This document shows, in pieces, positions 1-9,445 of a DNA stretch of 64,000 nucleotides. The position numbers and the translations under genes were made by a program. The notes below the pieces were generated by a model that saw nothing but the letters and a program-made list of their open reading frames with translations, was not told the DNA's origin and searched no databases. The first letter of the stretch is position 1; every line of letters begins with the position of its first letter. Source of the stretch: Candidatus Latescibacterota bacterium (GTDB lineage: Bacteria > Latescibacterota > UBA2968); the NCBI GenBank assembly GCA_965207885.1, contig OZ242311.1:1728001-1792000 (forward strand). The letters are read 5' to 3'.

Positions 1-591
1 GACAGGAGCGACACCCCAGCACAACCCACCGTACTCGTCGAAGGTCTGGAAGTCCAGGTCACAGATGCCGGGAAATACATCTTAGCCGAAGTAGATGGCA
101 AATCCATACCCATCACCGTCGAAGAATACAAACAACGCCTGGCAGCTCGCATCGTAGAAGAAATGCCCAATCTGGACGACTTCCGAACCTGCTGGATCCA
201 TCCCCATGATCGCAGAGCCTTCATGGCGCGTTTGCCAGACCAAGGACGGTCTGCTCAGGTGGTACGATCTTTAGATAACATGACCGACTACGACCTCTAC
301 GACATCCTTGCCGAACTCGGCTATGGCCTCGCGCCAAAAACCCGAATACACCGCGCCGACGCATTCTTCTACAAACACGACCAGTGGCTCAACTCACTGC
401 CTGCCCCAACCGCTGACACATTAAAAGCACTAACCAGACAATTCGCACGCTCAGGCACAGACGGATTGGAAAATCCCAGTATTTTCATCACGCCAGAAGT
501 CACCCAGGCTGGCGGCCTCAATGCCCTGGCCCAGATAGGACAGCCTGCGGATTTACTGGTAAAAATAAAGGAAAGGATATTTGCCTTGTGA
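1..591 (+). CDS. hsdR: Type I restriction enzyme R subunit, C-terminal fragment (runs off window start)
   Basis: Frame +1 is open from base 1 (DRSDTPAQPTVLVEGLEVQV...EEYKQRLAAR...DYDLYDILAELGYG...KERIFAL); resembles the EcoEI-type HsdR C-terminus; hsdS and hsdM lie downstream. Confidence 0.75.
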   Translation, partial: DRSDTPAQPTVLVEGLEVQVTDAGKYILAEVDGKSIPITVEEYKQRLAARIVEEMPNLDDFRTCWIHPHDRRAFMARLPDQGRSAQVVRSLDNMTDYDLYDILAELGYGLAPKTRIHRADAFFYKHDQWLNSLPAPTADTLKALTRQFARSGTDGLENPSIFITPEVTQAGGLNALAQIGQPADLLVKIKERIFAL

Positions 592-621
592 GTGGAAATT
601 TGGTAATTATATACAGATTGG

Positions 622-649
622 TTGACATAAGCCCAAAATTGTCTATCCT
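622..649 (+). promoter_or_regulatory. Putative sigma70 promoter
   Basis: TTGACA (622-627), 16 bp, TATCCT (644-649); RBS-like AGGAAGG before ATG 661. Confidence 0.45.
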
Positions 650-660
650 AAGGAAGGGGT

Positions 661-1000
661 ATGAACACTTTGGCATCTAAATCGCCGACCTCTGTTGTAA
701 ATGTTGAAACAGATGAGACGCATTTGACCGTCTTTCTAAATGATGGTCGCCGCATATCTGCTCCTCTTGAATGGTACCCCAGATTGTATTACGGAACAGT
801 CAAGGAAAGAAAGGATTGGCGTCCCTAAGGATTGGCGTCCCTTTGGATTTGAAAACCGTGCAATCGCTTGGGATAGTCTCGACGAGCATATTTCTGTTGA
901 AGGATTATTAGACGGGTGTTCAAGCAGCGAGAGTCCGAAATCAATTCAACGGTGGCTGTTGTCAAGGGGGCAAAAGCATGAGAATGAACTGATCGTGTGA
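661..1000 (+). pseudogene. DUF2442-family antitoxin-like gene, frameshifted by a 16-bp tandem duplication
   Basis: Frame 1 reads MNTLAS...LNDGRRISAPLEWYPRL...KDWRP* and continues in frame 2 as KDWRPFGFENRAIAWDSLDEHISVEGLL; AAGGATTGGCGTCCCT is duplicated at 811-826 and 827-842. Confidence 0.8.
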
Positions 1001-1169
1001 TGAGAGGTTGATATTTGTAGCTCACTTCTGAGTATAATGCCGAGAGCCTCTTAAAAACCCAGGCTTTCGGCATTATTTTATATAACGGCTTCTGTTGCTT
1101 ATTAATCGCGAAACGAATGAACAGGCAAAGCCCCAGATAGAAGTTTCTTGAACAGATAGAGCAACGACC

Positions 1170-1409
1170 ATGACGACCATCAGTATAACCATACCCGATT
1201 CTCTTCACGCAACAGTCCGGGATATTGTCGAGCGTGAAGGCAGGTCATTCGAACAATTTATCCTGCTCGCAATGGCCGAAAAAGCGTCAGCAATGGCGAC
1301 CGAAGCATATCTTGAAGCGCGTGCAAATCGCGGGAGTAGAGAGAAATTTCTGGCGGCAATGGTAAAGGTAAGGGATGTAGATCCGCTGAATAAACAGGAT
1401 AGTCTTTAA
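1170..1409 (+). CDS. HicB-like ribbon-helix-helix antitoxin
   Basis: 79 aa; MTTISITIPDSLH...EGRSFEQFILLAMAEKASAM...YLEARA..GSREKF..AM.KV pattern. Confidence 0.7.
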   Translation: MTTISITIPDSLHATVRDIVEREGRSFEQFILLAMAEKASAMATEAYLEARANRGSREKFLAAMVKVRDVDPLNKQDSL

Positions 1410-1516
1410 TCCACTTTGCCACCTGCCGATCCGGGGTGGGTAACAACAATTGGCTTAATTTTGCACAAATTTGGTTCTGGTGACAATTGACCGACCCATA
1501 ACGAAAGGATTGCAAA

Positions 1517-2962
1517 ATGAGATTTGAAAGAAAAAAAACATATAGAGGTGTATTTTGGTTTGTTTCCCGTTCTATTTTTAGGGATCGTAAATTTGGTGGA
1601 ACATTGATAATTGACAAAGATGGCAGTATTTCGCTTGAATTAGAATTACAAGAATTATCGGCGATGAATATTGATCATCTTCTTTCAAAAGAAAAATCAA
1701 TTAGAAGAATTGACGGCTATATTAAACAGGACAATGCAACAGAAAGTAGATTTGTTACTTTGTTAGATTGCCAGCCTCATACACAAAGTGATCGAAAGGG
1801 GTTTTCAACTGTAAATGTTTTTCCAAAATTTTGTATCCAAAGCGGAGAGACCTTGCGTAGCAACAAATCGGCACTACGAGAAGGAGAAGAAAAATTTAAT
1901 AAAATATTTGTTTGTTTGGATGGCGTTATGATGTTCTCAGAAATGAATGGTTTTAGCAAAGATTATGATTTCCCCCAAAAAGGCTATGATTTTGTTAAAA
2001 AATACAGGATTGAGTGGAATAAGCCAAAAACCTTATATTTTCGAAATAGTAATCCTGCTATTAAAATTAAATTGTTATTAGATTGGAATAACGAACATGG
2101 TAATAAATTTACACTTGAACAGAAAGCATGGTTAGTTTTAGATTTCTCAGAGCAAACAGGCATAGTTGATTGTACTAAAACAGTCGAAAACCTTAAATAT
2201 TTCTTTGGTTTCTTGTTCAATAAACGAATAGGTATCACTTCAGTATTTGGAAAAGTAAAGGGTAAAAAATTGTCAGAACCCGAAGCACAAACAAAATTAT
2301 TATCCAAGTACGATATATCTTATAAAAGTAGTGCGTGGGAAAAAGAGTTTGACAATAACCATTATCCTGATATTCGCTATTCTGACTTCCAAGATGACAA
2401 TGGCGAAAATCGTTTTGCCAAATATTTGGTATCATTTTTAAAAAAGATGGACGATCAAGATGATGATAATTTCTCGACAGTATTTTTTTCATATATTCAC
2501 CGAATGCAAGAGGGATTTTTGAATGATTATTCTAAGCAGGCTATTGATTTATGTGAGTATTTATTTGTGCTTTTGAATCAAAATTACCCCTGTTCTTGCA
2601 GAGAAAAAATACAAGACTTAAGAAAAAAAATAAAAATTCTATCAAAGCCGTTAATTGGGTGTTTGTTTAAGGATGAAACAGAGGTTGAACATTTTGCATA
2701 CGCAGCTAATAAGTACAGAGGCGAGGTTACTCATTTTAATAATCCCCCTGTTTATTCGGACTTAAAAGAAAATATTTTTTGGAAGATAACTGTTCTAACA
2801 AGATTTCACCTGTTAGAAGCCCTCTGTCCTGACCGAAAATTTAATATAAAATTGCTCGAAGAAGCATGGCTTTTGATGATGGAAGCAAAAGAGGGTTATC
2901 GTACAAAGAGAGATTTTCCTAAACGCTATAAGGAGTATTTTGAGGCGAATCCGGATCATTGA
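1517..2962 (+). CDS. ApeA-like N-terminal domain plus HEPN RNase, putative abortive-infection protein
   Basis: 481 aa, AT-rich; N-terminal G.FW...FGGTL...VTLLDC beta-rich segment; C-terminal Rx4H motif (YRGEVTHF). Confidence 0.6.
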   Translation: MRFERKKTYRGVFWFVSRSIFRDRKFGGTLIIDKDGSISLELELQELSAMNIDHLLSKEKSIRRIDGYIKQDNATESRFVTLLDCQPHTQSDRKGFSTVNVFPKFCIQSGETLRSNKSALREGEEKFNKIFVCLDGVMMFSEMNGFSKDYDFPQKGYDFVKKYRIEWNKPKTLYFRNSNPAIKIKLLLDWNNEHGNKFTLEQKAWLVLDFSEQTGIVDCTKTVENLKYFFGFLFNKRIGITSVFGKVKGKKLSEPEAQTKLLSKYDISYKSSAWEKEFDNNHYPDIRYSDFQDDNGENRFAKYLVSFLKKMDDQDDDNFSTVFFSYIHRMQEGFLNDYSKQAIDLCEYLFVLLNQNYPCSCREKIQDLRKKIKILSKPLIGCLFKDETEVEHFAYAANKYRGEVTHFNNPPVYSDLKENIFWKITVLTRFHLLEALCPDRKFNIKLLEEAWLLMMEAKEGYRTKRDFPKRYKEYFEANPDH

Positions 2963-2990
2963 TCCGCTCATAAGAGAGGGTATTTGCTAT

Positions 2991-4187
2991 ATGAAAAATA
3001 ATGGACCATCTTTGCCCGACGGATGGAGGCACATTCAAGTCAAAGATATTTGTTCTAAAATAGATTACGGCTATACTGCAAAGGCAAATTCAGCACTTGG
3101 AGAGCCGAAATTTCTGCGTATTACAGACATTCAGGATGGCAATGTAAATTGGGATGAAACACCGGGTTGTGAAATTGATCTCGAAACTGAAAAAAAGAAA
3201 AAACTTCAGAGTGGTGATATTGTTTTCGCTCGTACAGGGGGTACTGTAGGCAAAAGCTATTTGATTGTAAATCCTCCAAGAGCAGTGTTTGCATCATATC
3301 TAATTCGTCTGCAAATTCGAGAAAGCGTAGCCCCAGAGTATGTTTATCATTTTTTTCAAAGTAACGATTATTGGCAACAGATAGGACTAAATTTAAGAGG
3401 AGGTGTTCAGCCAAATGTAAATGCTACCCGCTTGGGAAACCTTACTTTATCACTCCCTCCTCTCTCCGAGCAAAAACGCATCGCCGCCATTCTAAATGAC
3501 CACATGGCTGACATCGCACGCGCCCGTGCTGCTGCTGAAGCGCAATTGGAGGCTGCCGAGGCTTTATCGGCTGCATATTTGCGGGAAATTTTTGGGAGTG
3601 ACGACGCAAAGAAATGGCCTAACTTATGTTTGAGAGAGATTTGTATATTGGTAAATGGAAAAGCGTTCAAGCCTTCAGACTGGAGCACATCAGGTAAACC
3701 CATTATAAGAATCCAGAACTTGAATGACGCTACAAAACCATTCAATTATTGGGATGGTTCTTTGGAAAAACAGGTCATAGTAAACCCTGGTGCTGTCTTA
3801 TTGGCCTGGTCTGGGACACCGGGTACTTCTTTTGGAGCACATATTTGGAATCGGGAGGATGGTGTTCTTAATCAGCATATCTTTCGTGTAGATTTCACAA
3901 GGCCAGATATTTTACCTGAGTGGTTTACATACTCTGTAAACCAACGATTGGACGTTTTGATTCATCAGGCGCATGGCGGAGTTGGGCTTAGACATGTCAA
4001 GAAAAGTCAAGTAGAAGCTCTTGAAATCCCCTTACCTCCCCTCTCCGAACAAAAACGCATTACTGCCATTTTAAATGACCGCATGGCTGACATTGCCCGT
4101 GCTTGTACTGCGGTTAAAGAAAAATTGGAGACAATCAACCAACTACCCTCCGCGATATTTCGCAAAGCCTTCAACGGTGAACTTTGA
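2991..4187 (+). CDS. hsdS: Type I RM specificity subunit
   Basis: LPDGW start, two TRDs, repeated LPPLSEQKRI conserved regions, C-terminal KAFNGEL; ATG at 2991. Confidence 0.93.
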   Translation: MKNNGPSLPDGWRHIQVKDICSKIDYGYTAKANSALGEPKFLRITDIQDGNVNWDETPGCEIDLETEKKKKLQSGDIVFARTGGTVGKSYLIVNPPRAVFASYLIRLQIRESVAPEYVYHFFQSNDYWQQIGLNLRGGVQPNVNATRLGNLTLSLPPLSEQKRIAAILNDHMADIARARAAAEAQLEAAEALSAAYLREIFGSDDAKKWPNLCLREICILVNGKAFKPSDWSTSGKPIIRIQNLNDATKPFNYWDGSLEKQVIVNPGAVLLAWSGTPGTSFGAHIWNREDGVLNQHIFRVDFTRPDILPEWFTYSVNQRLDVLIHQAHGGVGLRHVKKSQVEALEIPLPPLSEQKRITAILNDRMADIARACTAVKEKLETINQLPSAIFRKAFNGEL

Positions 4188-4790
4188 TAGAGGTATTCAT
4201 GACAAAATCAGGACTATCCACAGTGCAATCCGTCAACAGCGCGATCAAAAGTATCTGCGACATCATGCGGCGATCCAACTGTGCGGGCGCAATGCAGTAT
4301 GTACCAGAACTGACCTGGATCTTATTCCTCCGCATCCTGGACGAGCGAGAAGGACAGGAAGCAATGAGGTCGGAAGCTGTTGGGCAACACTATATCCCAT
4401 CATTAGAAGCACCGTATCGCTGGCGCGATTGGGCTGCACCGGATGGCGCAAAGCGCGTAGAACTTCAAGAAGGCACACTGGGCGGATTTTTTGATTTTGT
4501 GAACGAAGACCTTCTGTCCCACTTAAAAGCACTGCGGGATAAACCCAACGCTACTGCACAGCAAAAAATCATCAGCGAAGTCATGTCCGGCGTCGAACGG
4601 GTCCGCATTGACACCGAGCGAAACATGCTCGATGTGCTGGACCGCGTCCACGAAATCAAAGACGAATCCATTGACCCAACCCATGTCTTTCCCCTATCGC
4701 AAGTCTATGAAGGTCTCTTACTTCGCATGGGCGAAAAGGGCAATGATGGCGGTCAATTCTTCACGCCCCGGGAAGTCGTTCGCGCTTTGA

Positions 4791-5661
4791 TTAGGTAGTG
4801 TCTGAAAAGTAAGCTTTGAAGAGTTGTCTGATACAGGCCAGCTTGACCATAGTGAGAAAATGAGTCGCCTTTTTTTCAAATCGGGTCACAATCCGTCGGC
4901 AGTGTTTAAGCCAACCAAAGAGACGCTCCACGATATTGCGTTTGGCATATAATCTTTTATCACACTTAGGCCGTGGTCCTCTCTTACGCCGTTTTCTGCC
5001 TTTGGGAATCGCCTTGTTTGGGATAGCAGCCTTGATACCCCGTTTGCGTAGATAGACTCTGATGCGTGAGACATCATAAGATTTATCAGCTACCAGATAC
5101 TTGGGTCGGTTTCTTGGACGCCCTCGTTTGGTGGGTATGCATACCTTTGACAGTAGCCTTTCAGCCTGTGTGGATTCTGACTGGTTACCAGGGAGAAGAT
5201 CCACTGCTAAAGGATGCCCGACTGCATCGCAAAGAAGATGGATTTTCGTGGTCAAACCGCCACGAGAGCGTCCTAAAGCGTGATCTGGGGGCTCTTCTTC
5301 ACCCTTTTTGCCCTTTTTTTTTCGCTCCTGCCGCGGCTTGTGTGGCTCGAATATGGGTTGCATCCATCATCCAGGTCGCATAATCTAAAAGACCATCTTC
5401 ACCCAATTTGAGATGTAGCTTTTCTACAATGCGATCAAAGGTGCCATCCTGTTTCCATTTGCAGAATCGGTCAAAGGCTGTCTGCCAAGGACCATATCGT
5501 TCTGGCAGGTCGCGCCAAGCTGCACCTGAACACAATATCCAGAAGATCCCGTTGAATAATGTACGATCATCCCGACGGGGACGACCCATCTTCTTCGGCG
5601 GTGGGAACAGGTCTTGGATCAGATGCCAAGCCTCGTCGCGCAGTTCATATCTCCGTTGCAT
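4791..5661 (-). CDS. IS5-family DDE transposase, orfA (5299-5661) plus orfB (4791-5363), probably joined by -1 frameshift
   Basis: orfA GRPRRDDR...WRDLPERYGPWQT; orfB GRSRGGLTTKIHL...ADKSYD...RNIVERLFGWLK..RRIVTRFEK; A9 run on minus strand at 5314-5322. Confidence 0.9.
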
Positions 5662-5730
5662 ATCATACTCCTTGGTTTAGGGCGTATGCTGCAACTAAAA
5701 TACATACTTTACGACTTTTCAGACACTACC
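4794..5730 (-). mobile_element. IS5-family insertion sequence (937 bp, two-ORF type)
   Basis: Perfect 17-bp terminal IRs GGTAGTGTCTGAAAAGT (4794-4810) and ACTTTTCAGACACTACC (5714-5730); TA duplication at 4792-4793 and 5731-5732. Confidence 0.95.
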
Positions 5731-6842
5731 TAGCACGGTTGATCCCAAAATAGGTGAAACCGTGTACGACCCGGCGTGTGGCACCGGAGGTTTTCTGGCT
5801 CAGGCTTACGAACACATGCATCACAACCTCGGCGGCGACGCCACCCCCGATCAACTCGACATCCTCAAAACACAAACCTTTTATGGACGCGAAAAAGAAA
5901 ACCTGATCTATCCTATCGCCCTTGCCAATCTGGTACTTCACGATATTGACCAGCCCCACATCTGGCATGGCAACACGCTCACCGGTAATGAAGTCTATGG
6001 CGGGCTTTTTCTCAATGCACCACCGCTATTTGACGTCGTGCTAATGAATCCACCCTTTGGCGGCAAAGAAGGTAAAGACGCCCAAACGCAATTCGCTTAC
6101 AAAACAGGAGCCACACAGGTTCTCTTTTTGCAACACATCATAGACAGCCTCGCACCAGACGGACGCTGCGGCATTGTAATGGACGAAGGCATTTTATTCC
6201 GAACAAACGAAATCGCCTTTGTCCAGACCAAACGCAAACTCGTCGAAGAGTGCAACCTGTGGTGTATCGTGAGCCTACCCCCTGGCGTCTTCACATCGGC
6301 GGGGGCTGGGGTGAAAACCAATCTGCTCTTCTTCTCAAAAGGTGAACCCACAACAGAAATCTGGTATTACGACCTGTCAGACGTAAAAGTAACCAAACGC
6401 AATCCCCTCACATCGAAACACTTTGAAGACTTTTTCAAACGGATGCCCAAACGCGAAGAAAGCGAAAAAAGCTGGACAGTAGATCTTCCCCAACGCAAAA
6501 AAGACGCCCTCAAAGAATCTACGCCCCTCTACAAACAAGCCGATTCCAAAAGCCGAAAAGCCGATGCAGTCAAAGTTCGGTTGATGGCTATGACAAAGGG
6601 AACGGATGACTACAAAGTGCTGGAAATGCAGGAAGGAGAGCTGCGACGAGATGCGCGAGAATTGCAAAACCGGGCACAGGCAATTGACGACGCGGTTTAT
6701 GACCTCAAAGCCGTCAATCCCAACAGCATCATCGAAGAAGACACCCGAACTCCTGAAGACCTGCTCAACATCATCGAACAAAAAGGGATAGAAGTCGCCG
6801 AAGCACTATCGGCTCTGCGGGGGTAATGAAGATGAACGTTGA

Positions 6843-6871
6843 TTGACTTTCTGTGGTAAGTCTTTTACATT
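6843..6871 (+). promoter_or_regulatory. Putative sigma70 promoter
   Basis: TTGACT, 17 bp, TACATT. Confidence 0.4.
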
Positions 6872-6914
6872 TTCTTGTTAGAAGAAGTGAAAAAACATCA
6901 AATAGGAGATTGTT

Positions 6915-7181
6915 GTGTCACTCGTCACAGTAACTCTTGATGCTGATCTGGCAGTTCTATTACAGGAACTTAATCAGCCTATTCAAGAAACGGCTCGTGA
7001 AATGATTGTTCTGGAGCTATATCGCCGAGGCAGCATATCCAGTGGCAAAGCGGCTCAATTATTGGACATGTCACGCTGGGAATTTATTCAGCATGCATCT
7101 CAATTGGGCATTGCTTTCTTTGATCTCAATGCGGAGGAATGGAAACGCGAACGACTTCAGGCTGATGAGCTATGGACGTAG
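6915..7181 (+). CDS. UPF0175-family antitoxin-like protein
   Basis: LELYRRGSISSGKAAQLLDMSRWEFIQ motif; GTG start with AGGAG RBS. Confidence 0.8.
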   Translation: MSLVTVTLDADLAVLLQELNQPIQETAREMIVLELYRRGSISSGKAAQLLDMSRWEFIQHASQLGIAFFDLNAEEWKRERLQADELWT

Positions 7182-7359
7182 ATTGGCTCACCGGTTGAGG
7201 TTGCCTGTCATTGGCACATTAGGGGTTCTGTTATCGGCGAAGCGCAAAGGTCTATTGCCAACTATCAGGCCATTGATAGATGGATTATTGGCCTGCGACT
7301 TTCGCGTCTCTGCTGATTTGTATGAACAGATACTTATTGATGCTGATGAGACTGAGTAA
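7164..7359 (+). pseudogene. DUF3368 PIN-like toxin, C-terminal remnant
   Basis: GRRLAHRLRLPVIGTLGVLLSAKRKGL...FRVSADLYEQIL; the N-terminal PIN part is absent. Confidence 0.7.
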
Positions 7360-7463
7360 CTGATATTACACACCGGCTGAATATTGGAAGGCTACAAGTA
7401 AAAAAAAGATAGGGTTTAAATGACGTGATGAGTGACAAGCGCGTTAAAATTTGCCCAAATTCG

Positions 7464-7495
7464 ATAGGGAGGTTAAATTTATTTAACCTCCCTAT
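7464..7495. repeat. Perfect 15-bp-arm inverted repeat (terminator or operator)
   Basis: ATAGGGAGGTTAAAT-TT-ATTTAACCTCCCTAT. Confidence 0.8.
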
Positions 7496-7573
7496 TTTAT
7501 TGTAAAATATTTGATTGTAGAAAATTATAACACTATACAAGAGAGATAGAATATAAAGAATACATTTCATATC

Positions 7574-7602
7574 TTGACATGTATGATGTAATTAGATACA
7601 TT
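7574..7602 (+). promoter_or_regulatory. Putative sigma70 promoter of the CD-NTase operon
   Basis: TTGACA, 17 bp, TACATT. Confidence 0.55.
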
Positions 7603-7686
7603 TGGTAAAGTTTAGAAATTCAGCCCTTCAACACAGGCTATCCGATACCTTAACCCCTCGGCGAAATCGCCAATTATTCATGAAAG

Positions 7687-8940
7687 GTGGTTCACATGAA
7701 CTCCAAAGCAACTCCATCACATTTGACCGAACCGACTGATATCCTATTGGCAGATGTAGCAATTCGTATTCAACTCAGACCGACGCATTACAACATGGCC
7801 GTTGAGCGTTATCAGAAGATATGTAAACTAATTGAGCGCGGCAACAGCCCCCTCAAAGATCGTGTTGATCTATTTTATCCGCAAGGGTCTATGGCGATTG
7901 GCGCAACTGTCGCGTCGAAACTCAAGACGGATGAGTTCGACATAGACATAGCTGCACAGCTTGACCTGCCTGAGTACGTATCACCCAATGAACCACTGGA
8001 CTTGCTGTTTGAGGCAATTAGGGGGGAGCCGGGATCCCGGTACTACCGGATGACAAAGCGAAAACCCCGTTGCATCACTGTCAGCTATAGTGATAAAATG
8101 CACCTTGATGTCACGCCTCTCATTCGCCGAGAGGACACCCCGGAGCGTGAAAGCTGGATCTTTAACTACCGGCCAGAAGCGCCCTCTGAATCGGGTAAGT
8201 CTATTACCAACTCTTATGGTTTCGCCGATTGGTTCATGGATAACACACCACTTGACCAAGACTTCGCAAATCTCTTTGAGAAACGTGCGTCCGAATATGA
8301 ACGAATGGTGGTCTTAGCAGAGGCAGAACGTGAACCTGTTCCTCAGCATGAACCACCATTCCGGAAATCGAAGGCGGTGCTCGCACTCCAACTTCTAAAA
8401 CGCTGGCGCAACGTGCAATACGATGAGCGGTCTCAGCGACGACCACCATCGATTTTGCTTTCAAAGCTGGTTGCTGATGCTGCCAATCATACGGACCGGC
8501 TTTCGGAAGAGTTGTTGCTCCAGGCACGGCATATGCTGTCCAAGTTCCAGAATTGGCATAATGCGGGATGCCTCATTCAAGTCACTAATCCCGTTTGCAA
8601 AGAGGATGTTCTGACTGATCGCTGGCCGGAAACTCTGCAAGACCAGAGGCTCTTTATCTCAGATCTTGAAAATCTTGTTGTACAGGTCGAGAAGCTGGTG
8701 TCTGGATGTGATCTTGGCGAGATGCAGGAAATTATGGTGAAGTTGTTCGGCGAGATGCCCACAACAGATGTCTTCCAAGCCTTCAACGAGCGTATGGGTG
8801 CTCAAGTCCGTACAGGGCAAAGTCGGCATCGTCGAGACACTGGCAGTCTCATCGTTCCGGCAACAACGGCGACAAGTGTAACCGTTCCATCAAGTGCAAC
8901 AAAAACGAAAAAACATACTTTTTATGGTAAGGAGAGGTGA
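7687..8940 (+). CDS. cGAS/DncV-like cyclic oligonucleotide synthase (CD-NTase, CdnG-like)
   Basis: QGSMAIG...EFDID (GS/DxD), HLDVTP, QLLKRWR, PPSI, NPV..E..TDRW, C-terminal HTFYG tail. Confidence 0.88.
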   Translation: MVHMNSKATPSHLTEPTDILLADVAIRIQLRPTHYNMAVERYQKICKLIERGNSPLKDRVDLFYPQGSMAIGATVASKLKTDEFDIDIAAQLDLPEYVSPNEPLDLLFEAIRGEPGSRYYRMTKRKPRCITVSYSDKMHLDVTPLIRREDTPERESWIFNYRPEAPSESGKSITNSYGFADWFMDNTPLDQDFANLFEKRASEYERMVVLAEAEREPVPQHEPPFRKSKAVLALQLLKRWRNVQYDERSQRRPPSILLSKLVADAANHTDRLSEELLLQARHMLSKFQNWHNAGCLIQVTNPVCKEDVLTDRWPETLQDQRLFISDLENLVVQVEKLVSGCDLGEMQEIMVKLFGEMPTTDVFQAFNERMGAQVRTGQSRHRRDTGSLIVPATTATSVTVPSSATKTKKHTFYGKER

Positions 8941-9383
8941 ATATGGGACTAACGATCAGGAAACAAGCTGAAATTATGCGGCGATCATGGCCGGATTTTC
9001 GAGTTCTTGAACAAAATCGTTGGTCTATATGCTGGGAGGGAGCACTTCAACCCTTGTGCCAAAAATATAGAGTTCAAATATCCCTCTTACGAAAACGAAA
9101 AAACAGAGACAGTCGTGCAAAATTATCGACACTGCCATCTGTGAGGGTGATTGATCCCCTGCTACATCGGCGGGTTGAAAACCCAAGTGACCCCATTCCA
9201 CATCACTACCCAAACCGAGATTGCCCTGAACAGCCTTTTCTTTGTCTCTATGACCCGGCCAAAAATGAATGGCATTCTCGCCTTACAGTCGCTCAGACCA
9301 TCATCCCGTGGACGATTGATTGGTTGGCTTGCTACGAGGGCTGGCTTGCCACTGGCGAATGGACCGGTGGGGGACGGCATTGA
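8937..9383 (+). CDS. Stand-alone prokaryotic E2-like protein (short type II CBASS)
   Basis: PHHY...LCLYDP...EW...IIPWTIDWL..YE.WL.TGEW.GGG; 4-bp overlap with the CD-NTase stop. Confidence 0.85.
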   Translation: MNMGLTIRKQAEIMRRSWPDFRVLEQNRWSICWEGALQPLCQKYRVQISLLRKRKNRDSRAKLSTLPSVRVIDPLLHRRVENPSDPIPHHYPNRDCPEQPFLCLYDPAKNEWHSRLTVAQTIIPWTIDWLACYEGWLATGEWTGGGRH

Positions 9384-9445
9384 TAATGTAATTTAGAACA
9401 AGCATCCCACCCACAGCGAAAGAGACGTTTTAATTAGAGGCCAAA

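Larger units (their letters stand above)
4199..6826 (+). pseudogene. hsdM: Type I RM methyltransferase interrupted by an IS5-family element
   Basis: N-part ends GQFFTPREVVRALI; C-part VDPKIGETVYDPACGTGGF...NPPF; removing the IS and one TA restores RALISTVDPKIGE in frame. Confidence 0.92.

Noticed and set aside
3453-4103. Direct repeat of about 70 bp within hsdS
   Set aside because: These are the normal conserved regions after each TRD; no invertase or inverted repeats suggest a shufflon.
7006-7163. N-terminal part of the 117-aa ORF
   Set aside because: Alternative frame of the UPF0175 gene; only the 3' part is DUF3368-like.
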